Source: Candidatus Hadarchaeota archaeon (GTDB lineage Archaea; CAYQAE01; CAYVLA01). From it: a DNA stretch of 64,000 nucleotides. The stretch spans positions 1 to 64,000 of the forward strand of contig CAZUNO010000010.1 of NCBI GenBank assembly GCA_964621445.1, read 5' to 3'. The translations under genes and the position numbers were made by a program. Below are positions 29,143-39,707 of the stretch, one piece after another; the stretch's first letter is position 1, and each line of letters starts with the position of its first letter. A model generated the notes under the pieces. It had not been told where the DNA came from, searched no databases, and saw only the letters and a list, made by a program, of their open reading frames with translations.

Positions 29143-30105
29143 ATGAGTAGACCGCAGATCATGAGGAGGGTGCCAACCCTTACCGATTCGTTCTTTCTAT
29201 CCTTTGTGTTCTTCCTGCTATCCGATATTCACCAGATTGTAAGAGACCCCAGCATTGAAAACCTGTTGAGGATACTCACTTCCTTACAGTTCACGGCGAG
29301 ATCGCCCTTCGACTACCCTGCTTTTCTATTCCTATCCCTGGTAATAATCAACCTCATAGCGATCCTTATTGCTCGCCTAAGGTCCCCAGAGCCAAAGCTA
29401 TTTGTTACGAACATACCTTTGGGCCAGGGACAGGTCTCATTGGCAATTGCGGAGGCGGAGGCTTTGCATTTGGGGAATACACTGGAGGACAAAGCTGATA
29501 AGCTCTCTATCGCGGTGCCAATTTCTCCCAAAATAATTGATTCCGAGGTCGGTGAATATCCAGAAGGGAGAAACGAAATGTTACGAAAAATGGTATCCGA
29601 TGCCATCCAAGGATCAGATCCTCCCCGTGCAAAAATACATGAGTCAATCATGACCGATCTGCTGCTAAGCTTGTCGAACCGGCTTGGAATAAAAATTGGG
29701 GGCATGTACCATCCTCTTCAGGATAAGATATCCATTAGCCCATTTCTTGGCCCGATAACCAGGGGATACGTTTATGCGCACGAACTTTTTCATTCCGCGG
29801 GGTTGGGAGAGGTATGGGCGGAAATTGGAGCCATCCAGGTATGCCTTTCATTTTCGGACCAACATAGGGGATACTATGAAATATTTGGGTTATATCTCCT
29901 CGTCAGATCAATCGCGAGCTATCTCTCACAACAGGGGGGATTAGAGAAAATAAAGGATAATATCCCAATTGCAATCGGCAATTCAGAAGGTCTTGGAGAA
30001 AAGCTGATTTACGGCAGAAAGACCCGCCTTGAAAGTGATGTATACCTGACGGTCAAGAAAACCGATCGTCTAATCCGCGGAAGTCGAAACATTCAGGGAG
30101 GATAG
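29143..30105 (+). CDS. Membrane protein with HExxH metallopeptidase-like motif
   Basis: Two N-terminal TMs; YAHELFH....E..AE. Confidence 0.55.
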   Translation: MSRPQIMRRVPTLTDSFFLSFVFFLLSDIHQIVRDPSIENLLRILTSLQFTARSPFDYPAFLFLSLVIINLIAILIARLRSPEPKLFVTNIPLGQGQVSLAIAEAEALHLGNTLEDKADKLSIAVPISPKIIDSEVGEYPEGRNEMLRKMVSDAIQGSDPPRAKIHESIMTDLLLSLSNRLGIKIGGMYHPLQDKISISPFLGPITRGYVYAHELFHSAGLGEVWAEIGAIQVCLSFSDQHRGYYEIFGLYLLVRSIASYLSQQGGLEKIKDNIPIAIGNSEGLGEKLIYGRKTRLESDVYLTVKKTDRLIRGSRNIQGG

Positions 30106-32432
30106 ATTTTAACCTGATAGACCCTGGCCGGCCAGCCTTCTTCTATGGTGGAGAGCACGGTCAATTTCAGCTTTGAGGTGGAGATCTTGTCGAATTTATG
30201 GATCCTGAACCTCTTGTAGTTATCTTCAACCGAAAATAGCTCACACCAGTCATCATTACCAAGATACTCCATAAGGTAGGATGAAACGCACATACCTGGG
30301 GCCTCTCTTTCGGGATGGTTGAAGGGCATGTCTCTGAATGCTCTGTATAGGGTGTCAAATGTCAGATGTAACTCCGCAATGTTAACCTGTTTCGGGAATT
30401 CAAAGGTCAAATCCTGGGGTAATGGTTCACCTCTCTCTGAAATCCACATGTTGACCGGATTGGTGCAAAAGCGCCTTGAAAAACCATTCACCACATTGCT
30501 CGCCTCCCCGTAAACCGGTTGGGGAGAGATCTTAAACAGGGGCACCTCCGGCCCCGTTAGGTAGGTTTCGGATTTCTCGTCGGTCCAACATCCAAAGGCT
30601 ACATCCATACTTGCGTTTTCTTGACCCCAATAAAGACCATTGGCAGGGGGTATGCATAACACCATCCTCTCCTCATCGGATAGGGGGTCTCTATCCGGAA
30701 GATCGATCCCATGGAAATCTATCTCGGTCCATCCCTGCCATTCTGGGGGAACGGTGGTCTCGGAAAAGGAAAGTTTCTGGAATTTCTTAATTCGGTTATC
30801 CCCGCCCCATGACATGCGGTTGGATTGTCCTTCTATATGCCCGGGTTGGATATTCTCATCCTTATTTTTCCACTTTTTATCGGCCTTGAAGAATTCCAAT
30901 CGGGCCGGAATGGATATCTCCCTTGAGGTGTCATTTCTGAGATAGATCATGATTCGATTAAGATGTCGGGGCCAGTCCCAAAACATCAAGCCCCTAGTAC
31001 GGTCGAGGGGGAGCCATTCATCCAATCTACTTGAATCGAATTTTTGCTCACTACTTGCACTGATCTTAGATCTCCTGGCGAGGTCGTTTTCATCCCGGTT
31101 AGGTGTTCCAAGCAGCGTTGCATCGTTTCTAAGAAGCAGCTGTTTTAGTTCTCGGATATGTTTCTCGTATATTTCCCGGGGGCTGCAGCTGTACCTCTTG
31201 CATAGCCAGGCGGCGGCACCAACTGCCTGCCCACCGGTGGCCAGCGTCTTCTGGAGTCTCACCGTTCCCAAAGCGATGTGGCTTACGCTGATTAGCCTCC
31301 CCGCCAGGAATAGGTTATCCAGGTCTCTTGAGTATAGACATCTAAATGGTATGCTGTAGAGACGTGGAACTGAGTGAAAATTGACTTTTGCCTGGTGGCC
31401 GACCGGGTCGTGGACATCAACGGCATATCCGCCGTATCCAACCTCGTCCTCGAAAATGCGCCCTGACTCCACATCTCTTTGATTTAGTGTATAGTCCCCG
31501 ATGAATCTTCTGCTCTCCCTCTTCCCGGCCTTGGGGCTAACCCATACCAGTTCCCAGTTTCTGGACTCCTCCGGATGGGCCTCGTTCTTGATATGATTCC
31601 AAACGCTGTACAGCTGGCCGATCAGTCTATCATAGATCTGGTGATCGTCGGAAATGGTGTTAAGTTCGCCTCCAGTTTCCGTGTGGTAAAGGAAACAGAG
31701 ATCCGCATCTGGATTCCATGCTGCATGGGCGTTTACGCAGTCGGTGACAACCTCTTCTCGACCGTAACCGTACCCCACCTCGAATGGCGGGGTTCCTGGA
31801 GGAGGAACGAATTTGACGGGGTGATCGGTTTTCCGGACTAGAGCGGTGACGCTGGTCCCCATAGTTTTGTCGTCGGCCCTTTGGGGCGCGCTCCTCTCAT
31901 CGAAATGAGCTGACTTCTCCCGACCCATTCTAAATTTGGCCCCCGCAGAAGCCGCGATATGGCCATCGCCGGAGGCGTCAATGACCGCCACACCTACTTT
32001 GATTGAGAGGGTGTTGAAGGTGGCCATGTCCTCTGCCAAGACCTCCGTTATCTCCTGCCCATTGGTTTTTGCCTCACGGGCATAGGTTCTGCGAAAAACT
32101 TTAACCCCCGCCTCCCGCAACATCACTTCAAGCAGGGTATCCCATTGCCTAGCGATGTTGTAGTGATAACCATGGGTAAACAATTTGACATTAAGGCGTG
32201 CTGCCTCCTCCTCGATTTCATTGATAATACCCGTTTCCGAGGCAAAGGGATGAAAGCTATGGGCCCCCGAGATGTGAACCCCTAGATTGGGACTCGAGTT
32301 TCCGCCCAAGACATCGTCCTTCTCCAGTAGGGTTACCGAGCATCCAAGACGCCCGGCCTGTATAGCGGAACATATACCCGCCATGCCCGACCCTATAACG
32401 ACGACATCTGCTTTATCTCGAATAGCATTCAT
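30093..32432 (-). CDS. FAD-dependent oxidoreductase with C-terminal discoidin-like domain
   Basis: VIGSGMAG, LGGNSS, IDASGDG, KRESRR, SIPFRCLYS. Confidence 0.85.
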   Translation of the reverse strand: MNAIRDKADVVVIGSGMAGICSAIQAGRLGCSVTLLEKDDVLGGNSSPNLGVHISGAHSFHPFASETGIINEIEEEAARLNVKLFTHGYHYNIARQWDTLLEVMLREAGVKVFRRTYAREAKTNGQEITEVLAEDMATFNTLSIKVGVAVIDASGDGHIAASAGAKFRMGREKSAHFDERSAPQRADDKTMGTSVTALVRKTDHPVKFVPPPGTPPFEVGYGYGREEVVTDCVNAHAAWNPDADLCFLYHTETGGELNTISDDHQIYDRLIGQLYSVWNHIKNEAHPEESRNWELVWVSPKAGKRESRRFIGDYTLNQRDVESGRIFEDEVGYGGYAVDVHDPVGHQAKVNFHSVPRLYSIPFRCLYSRDLDNLFLAGRLISVSHIALGTVRLQKTLATGGQAVGAAAWLCKRYSCSPREIYEKHIRELKQLLLRNDATLLGTPNRDENDLARRSKISASSEQKFDSSRLDEWLPLDRTRGLMFWDWPRHLNRIMIYLRNDTSREISIPARLEFFKADKKWKNKDENIQPGHIEGQSNRMSWGGDNRIKKFQKLSFSETTVPPEWQGWTEIDFHGIDLPDRDPLSDEERMVLCIPPANGLYWGQENASMDVAFGCWTDEKSETYLTGPEVPLFKISPQPVYGEASNVVNGFSRRFCTNPVNMWISERGEPLPQDLTFEFPKQVNIAELHLTFDTLYRAFRDMPFNHPEREAPGMCVSSYLMEYLGNDDWCELFSVEDNYKRFRIHKFDKISTSKLKLTVLSTIEEGWPARVYQVKIYPP

Positions 32433-32434
32433 AC

Positions 32435-32785
32435 TTATCCCTTGGATACGGCGTCTTTGTTCCCTTTGGTTTCTTTGACCTGGCCGGGGGTCAGATTCTC
32501 GATCTTGCTTGTTCTCATGTCTATGGAGTATTCAAGGAAGACTCCGCAATCCCTGGTCTTCCAGTTATGTTTACCAAATCGGGTGAGGGCTAAGCCATCT
32601 TTCATATGGAAGGTCATTCCACAGGCATAACAGCAGAATCCATCGCTGTAGAATAGCATTGGTGCATCACACTTTGGGCAGGATAAGCTCTGTCTTGGAC
32701 TATTTAGTGAATGGATAAGGAGTATATTCCCACTTTTGTCCCAATAAAGATACCAGTTATCCTCGGGTAAAACGCTTGGATCCAA
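32435..32785 (-). CDS. Zn-ribbon hypothetical protein
   Basis: CPKC...CCYAC. Confidence 0.5.
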   Translation of the reverse strand: MDPSVLPEDNWYLYWDKSGNILLIHSLNSPRQSLSCPKCDAPMLFYSDGFCCYACGMTFHMKDGLALTRFGKHNWKTRDCGVFLEYSIDMRTSKIENLTPGQVKETKGNKDAVSKG

Positions 32786-32817
32786 ATGGTCTCTCCACCA
32801 AATCTATGTTTTTCCAC

Positions 32818-33537
32818 CTAGTCCTTTTTCCTCAGTCCGGGCTCCAACTTAACCGTTTCCTGCAAGGTCACAGACCTTCTGTTTACCTGGCAATTATAGG
32901 CCTGAACGATTACCCCGCTGGAAGCTGCGGAGTACAGCGCATCGGTGAAATCGGGATCCATTTCCGAGTTGGGTTTAAAACTGGATGCATCTGATCTCTG
33001 GATAACGAATAGTAAGTAGCTTTTGTATCCATTACTTGCCGCCTGTTCAAGATGACGAAGATGCCTGGTACCTCTCTTTGTGGGGGCGTCCGGGAATAAC
33101 GCTTGACCATTTTCCACTAGAGTACAGGATTTAACCTCTAACAGGCAATCCCTTCCATTTCTAAGCAGGAAATCAAAGCGGCTATTCCCGAAGGGAATTT
33201 CACGCCTAAGGAATTCATAGCTGACGAATTCCGGTATATAGCTTTCTTCAAGGGCCTTTTGCACCAGAGCATTGGGCAATCTGCTATCAATGGAAACGGG
33301 CACATTCCCATCAAAGGCTAGAACCAGGTCATAATTGGTCTTTCTCAGCTTACCGTCAACATTCCTCAGCATCACCTGACAGCCCGGGTAAAGCAATTCC
33401 TCCATCCGGCCAGGATTGGGAACATGGCAATACACGAGTCCGAAACTAGTTTGAACTTTAGCAAGAAATCTGTTGACCCTTTCTTTGAGAATGCCTGAGG
33501 ATGATATATCTAGGGAAATTTTTGGGGGCATTTTCAA
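32818..33537 (-). CDS. sfsA: DNA/RNA nuclease SfsA
   Basis: RVNRF, HVPNPGRMEELL, SRFDF, EVKSCTL, FPDAPTKRG.RHL. Confidence 0.95.
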   Translation of the reverse strand: MKMPPKISLDISSSGILKERVNRFLAKVQTSFGLVYCHVPNPGRMEELLYPGCQVMLRNVDGKLRKTNYDLVLAFDGNVPVSIDSRLPNALVQKALEESYIPEFVSYEFLRREIPFGNSRFDFLLRNGRDCLLEVKSCTLVENGQALFPDAPTKRGTRHLRHLEQAASNGYKSYLLFVIQRSDASSFKPNSEMDPDFTDALYSAASSGVIVQAYNCQVNRRSVTLQETVKLEPGLRKKD

Positions 33538-33685
33538 CTCCGATAGCTTACAGTATATCTTAGAGACATGCGCAGTAAAGAATTGTACTGGAGACGGCGT
33601 GATTTCCTTAAGGTGTAGGAGTTGCTTCGGTTATTTGACTTAGGTTGATAGATTACCAGCTTCAAAAGGGCAGCGCCATGTTACC

Positions 33686-34942
33686 CTAGGATAGCCGCGT
33701 CACGTCGACCTCGCGATACACGCTTCTTCGTACCATCAGGTTCCAGATCACCACTCCGCATATGAGGAAGGTTCCGCTGACGGTCAACCATTCTATGAAG
33801 TAGACCCAAGCGAGAGCCGAATTCTTGAGATCCAACAGGTCGTCCTCTAGATCCCAAAGGCCATCTAGAATGACATCCATCCTTCCATATGAGTCATCGA
33901 AATCCCCGTTTAGATACTCATTATCGGCTTTACTCTTCTTTTCCTCGATTTCTCCGAGATGGGAATAGATTTCAACCGTGTTGGCTCCGAATTTTTCCGT
34001 GAATTCGGCCATGGAGTACATTGAGGACTTGTCTATTTGGTATTGACGAAATAGAGTTCGTAGGGCATGAACCCTAAGGGCATCCTCTGGAAGTTCCCGG
34101 TTGGTTGCGTGCCAGACCACATTGGCGATTATGTCCATTGAATAGGGGTTTCTATCCATCCTCCAGAAAGGTTCGATTACCATGTCCATGGCGGTAAAGG
34201 TAGTTGCATTCTCATAGTTCCATTCGAATAGATGTGCTACATAGCCTGGGAATGGATTACCAACGCTTTTCAACTTACTTTTAACCCAGGTGTGTATGGT
34301 TGACCCTGGACGGGGGATGGTCAGAACGCCCCTGTAGGTGGTAAATTCCTCCTCAATGTATTCCTGAAAAGGCCTAACGACTGCGGGGAGGCTTTGTTCG
34401 TCATTAACTATCAGGGGACCGGTGGGGAAGGACATCCCTCCTGCTTGATAGATGGAACTACCGACCACGGCCGGAACATCATTGGGAAATACTTTGGAAA
34501 CCATGCTGTTCAGCCAGGGCCCTGACCAGGCCGTACTCATGCTCTGGACGCTCCTGGTGTTCATGCCCCCCAATCCCTCCTTGGCAATCGCGTCGTGCAT
34601 CCATTTTACCTGCTTGTTGGTAAAAAAAGTCATATCTATTGAGGCCAGGAGGACGAAGTCGTAATTCTTCATTTCATCATAGGTTCTGGGGAAGTAAATT
34701 CGTATCATCTGAGTGACTTCGGACCCGCTTACCCCTCCAAAATCTCTGGCAGGGATGACCATGCCGCCGAATGAAGGCTCACTAAGCAGCCATCCTCTGA
34801 TAACGCCCATCCGAGATTCTCCCGCTTTACAGGTAGCAATCAATTTAGCTGGTTCTGAGGAGTTCCCCCCCACAGCCGAAGGTAGAATGAGCGCGAAAAT
34901 TATGGTAATCATGATAAAGATTAGGATAGGACGGAGATTCAA
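33686..34942 (-). CDS. Surface family A paralog 5
   Basis: IRIYFPRT, EKFGANT, ALAWVYFIEW, WNLMVRRSVYREVDVTRL. Confidence 0.85.
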   Translation of the reverse strand: MNLRPILIFIMITIIFALILPSAVGGNSSEPAKLIATCKAGESRMGVIRGWLLSEPSFGGMVIPARDFGGVSGSEVTQMIRIYFPRTYDEMKNYDFVLLASIDMTFFTNKQVKWMHDAIAKEGLGGMNTRSVQSMSTAWSGPWLNSMVSKVFPNDVPAVVGSSIYQAGGMSFPTGPLIVNDEQSLPAVVRPFQEYIEEEFTTYRGVLTIPRPGSTIHTWVKSKLKSVGNPFPGYVAHLFEWNYENATTFTAMDMVIEPFWRMDRNPYSMDIIANVVWHATNRELPEDALRVHALRTLFRQYQIDKSSMYSMAEFTEKFGANTVEIYSHLGEIEEKKSKADNEYLNGDFDDSYGRMDVILDGLWDLEDDLLDLKNSALAWVYFIEWLTVSGTFLICGVVIWNLMVRRSVYREVDVTRLS

Positions 34943-35036
34943 TTTCAGCCACCAGCCGGGGTTCTCTCAGCGGGCTTCGGAAAGTTGGCTTTATCCTTAA
35001 TAATATTACATTAGTAAGGAGTAGGAGATATGAGGA

Positions 35037-36533
35037 GTGGTAAATGGGGTTCTTATATCCTTGACCAACCTGCTGTTCATTTTTACCGACGAGCAAAAAG
35101 CGGCAACGATGTCAGCCTACGGTAATAATAGAATAGATATGCCGAACCTAAACCGGCTATCCACCCAGAGCTGCGTGTTCGATAGGGCCTATGTTACCCA
35201 ACCCGTTTGTACGCCATCCAGATCATCCTTGCTTACCGGGCAATATCCACATACAAATGGCTGCACCGGAAACAATGTTCCACTTTCACCTGAGGCCAAG
35301 TGTTTTCCCGAGATGTTGCATAAGGGACGATATGCTACCGGTTATGTTGGTAAGTGGCATTTGGGGGACGAGATATTTCCTCAGCATGGTTTTGAGGAAT
35401 GGATCAGCATAGAGGACCTCTACCGTAGATACTATCGACCCCATCGAGACCAGGATGCTCGCTCCACATATCACCATTTCCTGGCGAGAAACGGATTTAC
35501 CCCCGGGAATGATAACCTATTTGGCAGGGGTGAGTGTGCCAGACTCCCGGAGAACTACACCAAGGCTGCCTATACGGCGGGGGAGGCTTGCAGTTTCCTT
35601 GATGGCCATCGGGAAGAGGATTTTGTTCTTTTCGTCAATTTTCTAGAGCCGCATATGCCGTTTTTTGGGCCGCGTGATGGTCAATATGAATCGAACGAGG
35701 TCACATTGCCGCCAAACTTCGGTTCGCCACCGGCCCAAAACCAGCCATTTAAGACCAGGATATTTTATGATGCCTACCGCAAGTACGGCCACGGGGGGTT
35801 TTCTCTTCGAACGGAGTCCGATTGGAGGAATATCATATCCAATTATTGGGGTCTATGCAGTCTGGTGGATACACAGCTGGGGAAAATTCTGGACGCGCTT
35901 GATAGAAATGGAATTGCTGGCGATACCATAGTTGTCTTCACCTCCGATCACGGTGACATGATGGGTAGCCACCGACTGCTCACCAAATGTGTGATGTTTG
36001 AGGAGGCCCTTCGGGTTCCCATGATGATAAGATTACCTGGACAGCAAGAATCATACAGAATAACGGAACCCACATCCCAAATCGATCTATTACCTACCCT
36101 TCTAGACTTGATGAATGAGGGAATACCCTCCAATCTTGAGGGAAGAAGCCTGAAGCCCCTACTAATGGGTGAAGAGAAGGAGAGCAAGGGGGAGGTATTC
36201 GTCGAATGGAACGGGCGCCATGAGGGGGAAAGTTGGAAGCAACGGGTGGTTGGTCAGGAAAGCGTGAAATTGCCTCCGGGTTATGATGAACAGGAGGCGT
36301 TAAGGGCCATTTCTGATGATGTAAGGACGGTAATAACTAATGATGGGTGGAAGTTTAATTGTTCAAGTTTTGGGGAACATGAACTCTACGATTTGAAATC
36401 CGATCCCTACGAGACCCAAAACCTGGCAGGAAAGAAGAAGAACGAGTTTCTCATGAACCAACTACTGGAGAGGATCAATTGCTGGCAAAAGGATACAGAT
36501 GACGCAATATCGCTTCCCCGTAAAATAGGTTAG
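35037..36533 (+). CDS. Cys-type sulfatase
   Basis: CTPSRSSLLTG, GKWHL, SDHG. Confidence 0.95.
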   Translation: MVNGVLISLTNLLFIFTDEQKAATMSAYGNNRIDMPNLNRLSTQSCVFDRAYVTQPVCTPSRSSLLTGQYPHTNGCTGNNVPLSPEAKCFPEMLHKGRYATGYVGKWHLGDEIFPQHGFEEWISIEDLYRRYYRPHRDQDARSTYHHFLARNGFTPGNDNLFGRGECARLPENYTKAAYTAGEACSFLDGHREEDFVLFVNFLEPHMPFFGPRDGQYESNEVTLPPNFGSPPAQNQPFKTRIFYDAYRKYGHGGFSLRTESDWRNIISNYWGLCSLVDTQLGKILDALDRNGIAGDTIVVFTSDHGDMMGSHRLLTKCVMFEEALRVPMMIRLPGQQESYRITEPTSQIDLLPTLLDLMNEGIPSNLEGRSLKPLLMGEEKESKGEVFVEWNGRHEGESWKQRVVGQESVKLPPGYDEQEALRAISDDVRTVITNDGWKFNCSSFGEHELYDLKSDPYETQNLAGKKKNEFLMNQLLERINCWQKDTDDAISLPRKIG

Positions 36534-36562
36534 TCTAAAGGTATCTCTCTTTTTTCAGCCGA

Positions 36563-36781
36563 TCATCCCCGGGGCATCCTCATGGCCCATATAGTTCATA
36601 AAATCCCAGCCACGCCGACGGCGGCCAGCAGTGACACGATTCCGATTACCAGATTCTGGAAAAAGGAGAAGGAGTCAGACCAGAAAGCGGCGTGAAAAAG
36701 TATGAATCCCATCCAACCCATAACCGCAACTACCGAGATTATGAGGGGGATCAAAAGGTGGCTGAATTCGCCAGAGATCAA
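36563..36781 (-). pseudogene. Small membrane protein fragment with in-frame TGA
   Basis: ...FSFFQNLVIGIVSLL..VAGIL*TIWAMRMPRG*. TGA 36596-36598 lies inside a hydrophobic segment that continues in frame. Confidence 0.5.
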
Positions 36782-36797
36782 TAGGGTTCGCCAATCT

Positions 36798-36805
36798 TTT
36801 TAACC
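36798..36805 (+). promoter_or_regulatory. Archaeal TATA box of the prenyl/quinone operon
   Basis: TTTTAACC ending 23 nt before TTG 36829. Confidence 0.5.
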
Positions 36806-36828
36806 AATTCTTCAGATATAGAAAAGTC

Positions 36829-37716
36829 TTGCCCGGAATGTTAGCAAAGAGCTTTGGGGATTATTATAGGGAGAATTTGAAGCTGGTTGAGGAGGGCTTG
36901 GATTCCTTTCTTGAGAGCGAGGAAGAAAGGAGAATGAGGGCCCTTACCGAGTATTCGCTAAGAAAAGGGAAAAGGCTGAGGCCGGTCATATGTCTATTAA
37001 CATCGGACATCTACGGCCTGAAACCAGAATCGGCGTTGAGAAATGCAGTTCTCATCGAGCTTATCCATGGCTCCACGCTGGTTCATGACGACGTAACGGA
37101 TAACGACATTATCAGGCGAGATATGTCAAGTCTTTGGAAGCATTTGGAGGAACTTCCCTGCGGTAAGCCCAAATTGGAGCCACGTAATCTTGCGGTTTTG
37201 TTGGGGGATGGCATGCTGTCCAGAGCTCTGAGCCTTATACAGGACATAGACACCCTGGATCTGACGTCAAAGGTGATTCAGGATATTGCCCGGGGTGCGT
37301 TGCGGGAGGCCTATCAGCTCCAGGGAGGGAAAGGCAATTTAGGTGATTATATGGAAATAATTTTGCTCAAGACAGGGTCTCTATTTGGTCTGGCCACACA
37401 GCTGGGTTCTCGGGAGACGGCTCCCGCCAAGGAGGAAAGCATTGCCAGGGCTGTGGGGATACAGCTGGGAATGGTATACCAGATGGCCGATGACCTATCG
37501 GATGGTGACCTCAGGTTGGACAGGAACAGGATGGAGGACCTCCTACTTTTTAATTGCGGAAAATTCATAGCTAAATTGTCAGGGATGCCCAAAAACGAAT
37601 ACCGCGAAATCATGCGAGATGCACCCGGATATATAGTGAATGCAATGATGGAGGAGGGCGGGAAGTCCAAAAGGCTGGTGCTTAAGGGTGATAATTTTCA
37701 TTGGGAGGATACCTAG
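36829..37716 (+). CDS. Polyprenyl diphosphate synthase
   Basis: GKRLRP, STLVHDDVTD..RR (FARM), KT, YQMADDLSD (SARM). Confidence 0.9.
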   Translation: MPGMLAKSFGDYYRENLKLVEEGLDSFLESEEERRMRALTEYSLRKGKRLRPVICLLTSDIYGLKPESALRNAVLIELIHGSTLVHDDVTDNDIIRRDMSSLWKHLEELPCGKPKLEPRNLAVLLGDGMLSRALSLIQDIDTLDLTSKVIQDIARGALREAYQLQGGKGNLGDYMEIILLKTGSLFGLATQLGSRETAPAKEESIARAVGIQLGMVYQMADDLSDGDLRLDRNRMEDLLLFNCGKFIAKLSGMPKNEYREIMRDAPGYIVNAMMEEGGKSKRLVLKGDNFHWEDT

Positions 37717-38631
37717 ATGGAGATAACCACCTGGATAAGGGAGCTAAGGGCTCCCTTCTTCACCTGTACCATCGTTCCCGTCATGCTCGGAACCGCCGTT
37801 GCCTGGTTCTCGACCGGGTCCTTTAACCCAATTCATTTTCTTTTGGTAATGGTAGGCACCATTTCAATTCATGCCGGGGCAAATATGGTTGATGATTACT
37901 TTGATTACCAGAGCGGATGTGATTTGCATCCGATATATGACGAACTGGATTCACAATTTTTTGGAGGAAGCAGAATTTTAACCGAGGGGAAATTAAAGCC
38001 TAAGAGCGTATATTATGCGTCTGTCCTCTCATTCCTTTTCGGAGCTCTAATTGGTATCTATTTCGTATTCAAATTTGGCTGGCCCATATTGGTTCTAGGT
38101 GTCACGGGAATTCTATTCGGATATTTTCACGTTAACTATGTATACAAATGGGGCCTCGCCGAGTTTTCATTATTCCTAAACTTCGGACCCCTGATAACCG
38201 TGGGAAGCTATTTTGTCCAGACCGGAAAGATGACAATCATGCCCTGGATCGCCTCAATCCCCATAGGGTTGCTTATGGCCTGCATACTTCTGATAAACCA
38301 GGTTCCGGATAGGCAGGCAGATGAGATATCGAAAAAGAATACGGTGGCGGTTCGGCACGGTGAGAAGAGAGCCGTCGATCTCTTTTCAGCACTGCTAATT
38401 CTCACCTACATCTTTATCGGAGGGACTGTATTGCTGGGAGATATGCCCCCATATGTGCTGATTACCTTCTTGACCCTGCCTTTGGCCATAAAGACCATAT
38501 GGGTAGCGGAGAGGAGTTATGATGATCCTTCTGAAATCACGCCAGCCAATAGATATACCTACCAGAATCACCTCCTAACTGGAATCCTATTGACTCTAGG
38601 ATATCTAATCCCAGGTGCCGTGGCCGTTTAA
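37717..38631 (+). CDS. menA: MenA-like UbiA-family prenyltransferase
   Basis: LRAPF, NMVDDYFDY..G.D, GGS, NQVPD...D..S.K.T; multiple TMs. Confidence 0.85.
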   Translation: MEITTWIRELRAPFFTCTIVPVMLGTAVAWFSTGSFNPIHFLLVMVGTISIHAGANMVDDYFDYQSGCDLHPIYDELDSQFFGGSRILTEGKLKPKSVYYASVLSFLFGALIGIYFVFKFGWPILVLGVTGILFGYFHVNYVYKWGLAEFSLFLNFGPLITVGSYFVQTGKMTIMPWIASIPIGLLMACILLINQVPDRQADEISKKNTVAVRHGEKRAVDLFSALLILTYIFIGGTVLLGDMPPYVLITFLTLPLAIKTIWVAERSYDDPSEITPANRYTYQNHLLTGILLTLGYLIPGAVAV

Positions 38632-38632
38632 A

Positions 38633-39679
38633 ATGAAGGTTTTGATAGCTGGCGGTGGTTTTTGTGGTGTGGAGGTAGCGAAGATACTTGAAAAGGAGGA
38701 TCTTGAGCTTACTATCATAGACAAGAGCGGGTTCTTCGAGTACACTCCTAGCGCACATAAACTCGCTTTTAATCAAACCCAACTCGGTAATTTCAGGGCT
38801 CCCATCGAAAGGATATTGAGGAGTACCCAAGTGGTAAGGGGAACTATCAGGGAGATAACTCCGGAGTCCGTTATTACCGAAGAGGAAAGCTTCGATTTTG
38901 ATATCCTTCTGATAGCTCTGGGAGCCAAATACCCGGTTTTCCTTGAAAATAAGAGGGATGTATATCCCCTTGGGACCCTCTCTGATGGGCTAAAAATCGG
39001 GGAGAGTCTCCCAAATGCAAAAAGAATATTGATAGTTGGAGGAGGTCTGGTGGGAACTGAGTTTGCTGCCGAGATGGCGACTAGGAGGGATAAGGAGCTG
39101 ACCCTTGTTCATGCCAAGGAAAGGCTCCTGGAAAGAAATCCGGTGGAGGCCTCCGATTATGCAAAGAGATTCCTTGATAGACATGAAACACGATTGATTT
39201 TTGGGCAAAAAGTCATTTCCCATGAAATGGATTCCTACTTGACGGATAAGGGAGAGAAACTGAGTGCCGATCTCTGCATATGGTGTGCCGGTTTTGGTTG
39301 GGATTTCTCATTGATGCGAGGATTTGGTGTACAACCAAAAGGGGCTCTTCCCGTTAATAATTTCCTTCATCTGGATGGTTATTCAAACGTATTTGTTGGT
39401 GGAGATGCAAATGATTTCCGCGAGGAAAAGAGCGCCCAGAATGCCGAACGTCAAGCGTGGTTTATATCCCGAAATATCGTTAGCAGTATCAAAGACCTTC
39501 CCTTGAGGCCTTATACGTCACGTAAGGGACCTCTGGTAATAAGTTTAGGTAAATCAAATGGCCTGATAATCTACAAGGGAAGGACCTTTGCTGGACCTAT
39601 TCCGGCTTTGGCGAAGAATATTGTCGAGAAATACACCTTGAGCAGACAAGACGGGATCATGAGGCATTTGGGCTTCTAG
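38633..39679 (+). CDS. NDH-2/AIF-like FAD-dependent pyridine nucleotide oxidoreductase
   Basis: IAGGGFCG, IVGGGLVGTE, VFVGGD, ISLG. Confidence 0.85.
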   Translation: MKVLIAGGGFCGVEVAKILEKEDLELTIIDKSGFFEYTPSAHKLAFNQTQLGNFRAPIERILRSTQVVRGTIREITPESVITEEESFDFDILLIALGAKYPVFLENKRDVYPLGTLSDGLKIGESLPNAKRILIVGGGLVGTEFAAEMATRRDKELTLVHAKERLLERNPVEASDYAKRFLDRHETRLIFGQKVISHEMDSYLTDKGEKLSADLCIWCAGFGWDFSLMRGFGVQPKGALPVNNFLHLDGYSNVFVGGDANDFREEKSAQNAERQAWFISRNIVSSIKDLPLRPYTSRKGPLVISLGKSNGLIIYKGRTFAGPIPALAKNIVEKYTLSRQDGIMRHLGF

Positions 39680-39707
39680 GGGAAACCACGGGGTGAAATG
39701 CAAAGAT

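Noticed and set aside
36596-36598. Selenocysteine TGA
   Set aside because: Context is a TM helix where Trp fits; no redox motif or SECIS-like hairpin evident
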